From contig JANJGN010000026.1 of the NCBI GenBank assembly GCA_026770705.1, positions 32,922,001-32,986,000 of the forward strand: 64,000 bases of DNA. The letters are read 5' to 3'. The stretch's first letter is position 1. The number at the start of each line of letters is the position of its first letter. The notes beneath the pieces are model-generated. The model worked only from the letters and a program-made list of their open reading frames with translations, did not search any database and was not told the origin of the DNA. Below are positions 59,201 to 64,000 of this stretch, piece after piece. Source of the stretch: Isurus oxyrinchus (Eukaryota). The position numbers were made by a program, and so were the translations under genes.

Positions 59201-61829
59201 CCACAGCTGGTGTTAATTGCTGTGCAAACCAAATCTCGGAAACTTGTCTTATGTCTTCTGAAAACAAGGAGGAGGGTACTGATCTTTAGGGTTTTGTTTC
59301 TTAAAATCCCAAAGTTTTATTAGCAACAATAAAAGGAAACTTAAACACACCAGATTAATTACACCATTAATGTTAGTTTTTTCTAAACATTCCCCCAAAA
59401 AAGAAAACTTCTACTTGGTCAAGCCTACAAGTAACCACCTTCCAAGGCAACTGTCTTTATAGATGTGTAATATTACTGGATTTTATAGTTAACCAAGGCA
59501 AAGTGTTGTAGCTTTAATAAAGGCATTGCACATGACCTCTACCCTCTCCCACTCGACACTGGAATCCACTTCGGAATAAAACTGCTTGCTGCAGCCTAGG
59601 ACTTTACTGTTGACTGGATGGCTGGTTCAAATGGCATCCTCTCCGGGCCCAGATCTCCAGCTCTAATCCTAACCTTCCCCTTCCATCCCAGTTCTATTGT
59701 TCTCACACCTCTTTGAAACTCAAATCCTTCCACATATAAAATCTTCTTATGTTTGTCTTGTCTTTACTTTTTGGGTCAATAAAATATACTAAACCCAATA
59801 CTCTACCTATGGAACTCCTGCGAAAAGTTAAGATGTTTTTTGGTTCCTCTGACTCCCCTTTGATATTCAAACAAACTCTCAACTTATCTAAAAGTTCTAA
59901 TTTTAGATCTAACCTAGTTACTTGTACCTCAAGCTTAACACACCTATCCTTCACATCTTTCGAAAGTTCAAGACAACTTGACTCCTATTAATCTCGAGCA
60001 CGCACACATGCGTGTGTGTGCACACACTGCCTCTGTTTGAATATCAACACGCTTAGGCAGTCCTCTCAAATACAGAGCTCCTGAGGAAAATGGGTACTTC
60101 ATATCCACTCTGCATCATGGCCCTCTCCATTACAGATAAAATGCTTAATTTTGTACACCACTTACGTTCTGCTCCTTGGTCTCCTCTGTTCCAAAGAAAG
60201 CGAAATATGGAACATTTTCTTCAAGGAAGCCCCTTTGGAAGGGCAAGATTTAAGGTGAGATCGCAACCAAAAAATTGGGTTCCATTTTAGATAGGAAGCC
60301 TGCGAGTTTGAAGTGGGTCTGGAGGGTTCTGACAACTAAACCTCAAATTTTTGCATATTGGCAAGCAAAGAATATTATTACCAAGTTGGTGAGTCCCTCT
60401 GGGTAGCATCTATGCTAGAAGAATGATTTAATATGCGACACCATCAGCACATTTTGACTTCCCAATGTATGGTGTGTTTGGGGGGAAAAAATCTGAAAAT
60501 GAGTCTCAAATGTCCAACCACCTCTATGCAGAATCCCTCAAAAGCATAATTATGCATAATCATTCCTGCAGTTTTTTAATTTTTTAAACTAGAAAGGCCA
60601 TCCAACACCAGGTTCCTCTTCCCAAGCCAGTATGCCCAGTGGTGAGGCGCAAATCACTCCAAACCCACTCTGGTGCACAGCACAGGTCTTTCATATACCT
60701 GATACCAAACTCCTGAAGCAACTGCTGTACTCAGAACTCAGTGGAGGCAGGAGATGCTTCAGTGATGCTTCTTCCTCACCTTCCCCTCCACCCCCACACA
60801 AGTAACACCGACTCATGGAAGTCCCTGGCTTGTGACTGACCAAAATGGATGGAGGAGGTTCTTTTGTGAAGGTGAAGCCCAGGTATCTAAGAGAGCGCGC
60901 AAACCTGTGGAGGAGCCATCCGACCCACCCTTCAATCAACAACTGCCACTGCATGTGGCACAGTCTGCAGATCGGACACTGGGCTTCTCAGCCATCTTAG
61001 AACCCATCAGACTGGAGTGGACGCAAGGCATCCACGACCCTGAAGGGCTGCCCAAGTAGGAGATGTTAAATTACTGCACAAATAATCACCACCTTTCAAA
61101 ATATTAAACAGGAATTTTATCCAAATAAACATTTTAAAGCTTTCCCCTCTAGCATTTCATTTAAATAGTTTTGAAAAGGAATGTGCACATTGATGTGGGT
61201 TGAACCAGAACATTCAGTGACTCGTCTGTCTCAGTGCCATTATATTCCAGCTACCAAGGAGCCTTTGATATATATATTTAGACAGTGAAAATACAGCTAA
61301 GTGAATGGATATTGAGTCTTAAACCCAAAGTGCTGGAAGAGGTTGAGACCTTTTGAATGGAAACTCTGATGGGGAATTTGGGAGAAACTTCATTTCCCAG
61401 CGAGTGGTGAGAATGTGGAAATCGCTACCACAGGGAGTGGTTGAGGAGTATAGCATAGATATGTTTAAAGGGAAGTTGGAGAGACATTAGAGAGAAAGGA
61501 ACAGAAGGATGTGGTAAGTGGGTGGGAGGAGGCTCAAGTGGAGCAGAAATACTGGCACGCAGCAGATGGGCCGAATGGTCTGTTTCTGTGCTGCTGTCGT
61601 GTAGAAAAGTCGGCCCTTTCAAATAAAAACCCTACAGATAAATGTAATCATGTGAAATGTGTAATTGTTTAAAGCCTCAATTTGTTTGCTAGACGTTTTA
61701 ATGAGTTGAAAAAGCAAATGGAAATTTGTGTAGAAGGTTTTTGGATATATGTAGGAAAAGAGACTTTAACATTTTGTTCAATGATGGGGTATAAGGTCAG
61801 AGATGATAGTCATATGGCCATTACCGCTT

Positions 61830-62630
61830 AGAAGGGAGGCCATTTGGCCCATTGAGTCCATGCTGGTCCTCTGTAGAGCAATCCAGTCATTCCCATTCCC
61901 CCAACTCTATCACCATACCCCTGCACGTTTATTTCCATCAGGTTTCCACCCAATTTCCTTTTGAAATCATTCATCATCTCTGCTTCCACCACCCTCGTGG
62001 GCAGCGAGTTCATTACCACTCGCTGTGTAAAAAAGTTCTTCCTCACATCTCCCCCGCATCCCCTGTGCCAAAGCTCAAATCTGTGTCTCCTGTACCTCGC
62101 TAATGGGAACAGCTTTACTTTGTCCACTTTATCTAAACTTGCCCTAATCTTATTCACCTCTATCAGTGGAGATGTTAACATTTTTCCCCATAGTAAGTAT
62201 TGACATGATTGGGACATTAGAACATAAGAAATAGGAACAGGAGGAGTCCATTCAGCCCATCAAGCCTGCTCCACCATTCAATAAGATCATGACTGATCCT
62301 CTTGTGTTTCGATTTCCACATTCCCATCTAACCCCGGTAACCTTTGATTCCCTTGCCCCACAAGAATCTGTCCACGTCCGCCTTAAAAATATTCAGTTAC
62401 TCCGGCTCCACCATCTTCTGAGGCAGAGAATTCGAAAGTCGCACAACCCTCTGAGAGAAAAAAATTCTCCTCATCTCTGTCCTAAAAGGGCAACCTCTAA
62501 TTTTAAAAGTGCCCCCTAGTTCTGGACTCACCCATAAGAGGGAACATCGTTTTGACATCCACCTTGTCAAGGCCGTTCGGGATCTTGTATACACTTCAAT
62601 CAAATCACCCTGATTTTTGAATACAAAGCC
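61830..62630 (-). mobile_element. Two adjacent CR1 3' fragments
   Basis: KNFFTQRVV and PFRTEMRRIFFSQRVVRL fragments with tails. Confidence 0.8.
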
Positions 62631-63554
62631 TGACTGTTTACCCAACATGGCTTGTTGACTAGAAGCCTGGCCGCAGGGTCAGAGGTTGTGGATTCAAGGC
62701 CCAGTCCAGTGACTCGAGCCCACAAGCTGGGCTGACACTCCTAATGCAGTACTGGTGCATGAGGCTTTCAACCGAGGGCCCCCTATTTGCCCTCTCGGGT
62801 GGATGTAAAGGATCGCAAGGGTATTATTCCGAAGAAGTGCAGGGGAATTCTCCTTACTGTGCCACGAGCATTTATCTCTTGTCCAATGACATTCAAAAAA
62901 GCAAGCAATCACATTGGTAACCCTCCAATGCGACAATGATTACGCTTCAAAAGTACTTCAATGACTTGTAAAGTGCTTTGGGATGTCATGAAAGGTGCTT
63001 TATAAAGGCAGCATATCTACCAAATTGTTTTGAACAGATAAGAGTTGTGTATTGCTGAGGAGACATGCTGCGAAGATTTTCGTCTTTCACTTAGCAGATT
63101 GGACAAGGTGTTACTTTGGACAATGCACCAAGGGAACTGTTTCCCCCCAGGCTTTAGTTTAATTCAAAAAAAGGCACAATGACTGGACATGTTCCTTTTG
63201 CCTGCAGAGGACAGGTTCCTGTTTCTGAATATATGTCGCTTCTGCTAAATCTTCTTGATCGGAACCCGTGTCCCCTGAGCATTAGCCTGGACCGCTGGAT
63301 TACTAGCCCAGTGACAGTACCACTACACTGTCATCTCCCCCGAAACTCTTTGGGCTACATTTAAGTTTTTAGTGGGTGGTTGCACCTCAAGAAAGTTTAG
63401 CGACTCTTGATGGCTTGTGTTGACAACTCTTGTTCTGACATGGAGGCAATTATTTGGCCTTGATCAACCATCCTGCCGTTCACCGTTGATTAATTTGCCT
63501 TCAATAATTCCTTCCAGTTTTTCAGCAATTAGATGAGATTATGTTCTTTTTTAG

Positions 63555-63790
63555 CCATCTTAATGCCTTTTAAGGAAATATGCTCTCTTTTTCAATCCTC
63601 TTAATGTTTCTTAAGAAGATATTTTCTCTTTTTCCGTATCTTAATGCCTTTTAAAGAAGATATTTTCCTTTGTTCGATTATCTTAATGCCTCTTGAGAAA
63701 TGCTAACTTTTCCAGTTATCTTAATGCCTTATAAAATGTCGCCTCCATGCATTTGAGGAGATATTTGATCATCTAAATGCCTCTTAAGAA
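63555..63790. repeat. Degenerate ~40-bp tandem repeat (tcttaatgccttttaagaagata)
   Basis: About 6 copies. Confidence 0.75.
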
Positions 63791-64000
63791 GCTTTTCAAA
63801 ATTCTCCAGATTTTGGGAAGGTTCCATTAGATAGGTAAATAGCAAATGTGATTCCTTTATTCAAGAAGGGAGGGAGACAGGAAGCAGGAAACTACAGGCT
63901 CGTTAGCTTAACATCTGTCAAAGGGAAAATGTTAGAAGCTATTTTTAAAGATGTTATAGCAAGGCACTTAGAAAAACTCAAAGCAATCAGGCAGAGTCAA
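63790..64000 (+). mobile_element. CR1 LINE ORF2 fragment running off the window
   Basis: IPLFKKGGRQEAGNYRLVSLTSV.GKMLE...HLEKLKAIRQSQ. Confidence 0.85.

Overview
Eukaryotic, repeat-rich genomic DNA, almost certainly from a cartilaginous fish (shark), judged from the IgM sequence and the repeat families. In order, the window holds: (1) a presumed J-C intron (no V, D or J segment is visible) and an intact IgM heavy-chain constant region with CH1-CH4, secretory tail, TM1 and TM2 (7466-14056); (2) a cluster of about six decayed tRNA genes (17.8-22.4 kb); (3) a young 5'-truncated and 5'-inverted Penelope-like retroelement (RT plus GIY-YIG, hammerhead-like tail); (4) a C2H2 zinc-finger relic and an orphan CCAAT/GC-box promoter; (5) an intron-containing dopamine D2-type receptor pseudogene (six exons, 35996-46544), whose first visible intron holds a Gypsy-like LTR element with a captured coiled-coil segment and an interstitial telomere-like tract; (6) an intact immunity-related GTPase (IRG) ORF with a degenerate G3 motif. 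The rest is mostly CR1 and other LINEs, SINEs and minisatellites, and most short ORFs in the track are noise. The most intriguing observation is a stop codon plus AATAAA just after the CH2 donor, followed by a 267-bp near-identical copy of the sequence downstream of the secretory poly(A) site. This suggests a truncated two-C-domain IgM isoform and/or a CH3-CH4 deletion substrate. Next most notable are a switch-region-like G-rich tract upstream of CH1 and the drd2l-like pseudogene next to an IRG gene. All calls were made by eye; no database searches were run.
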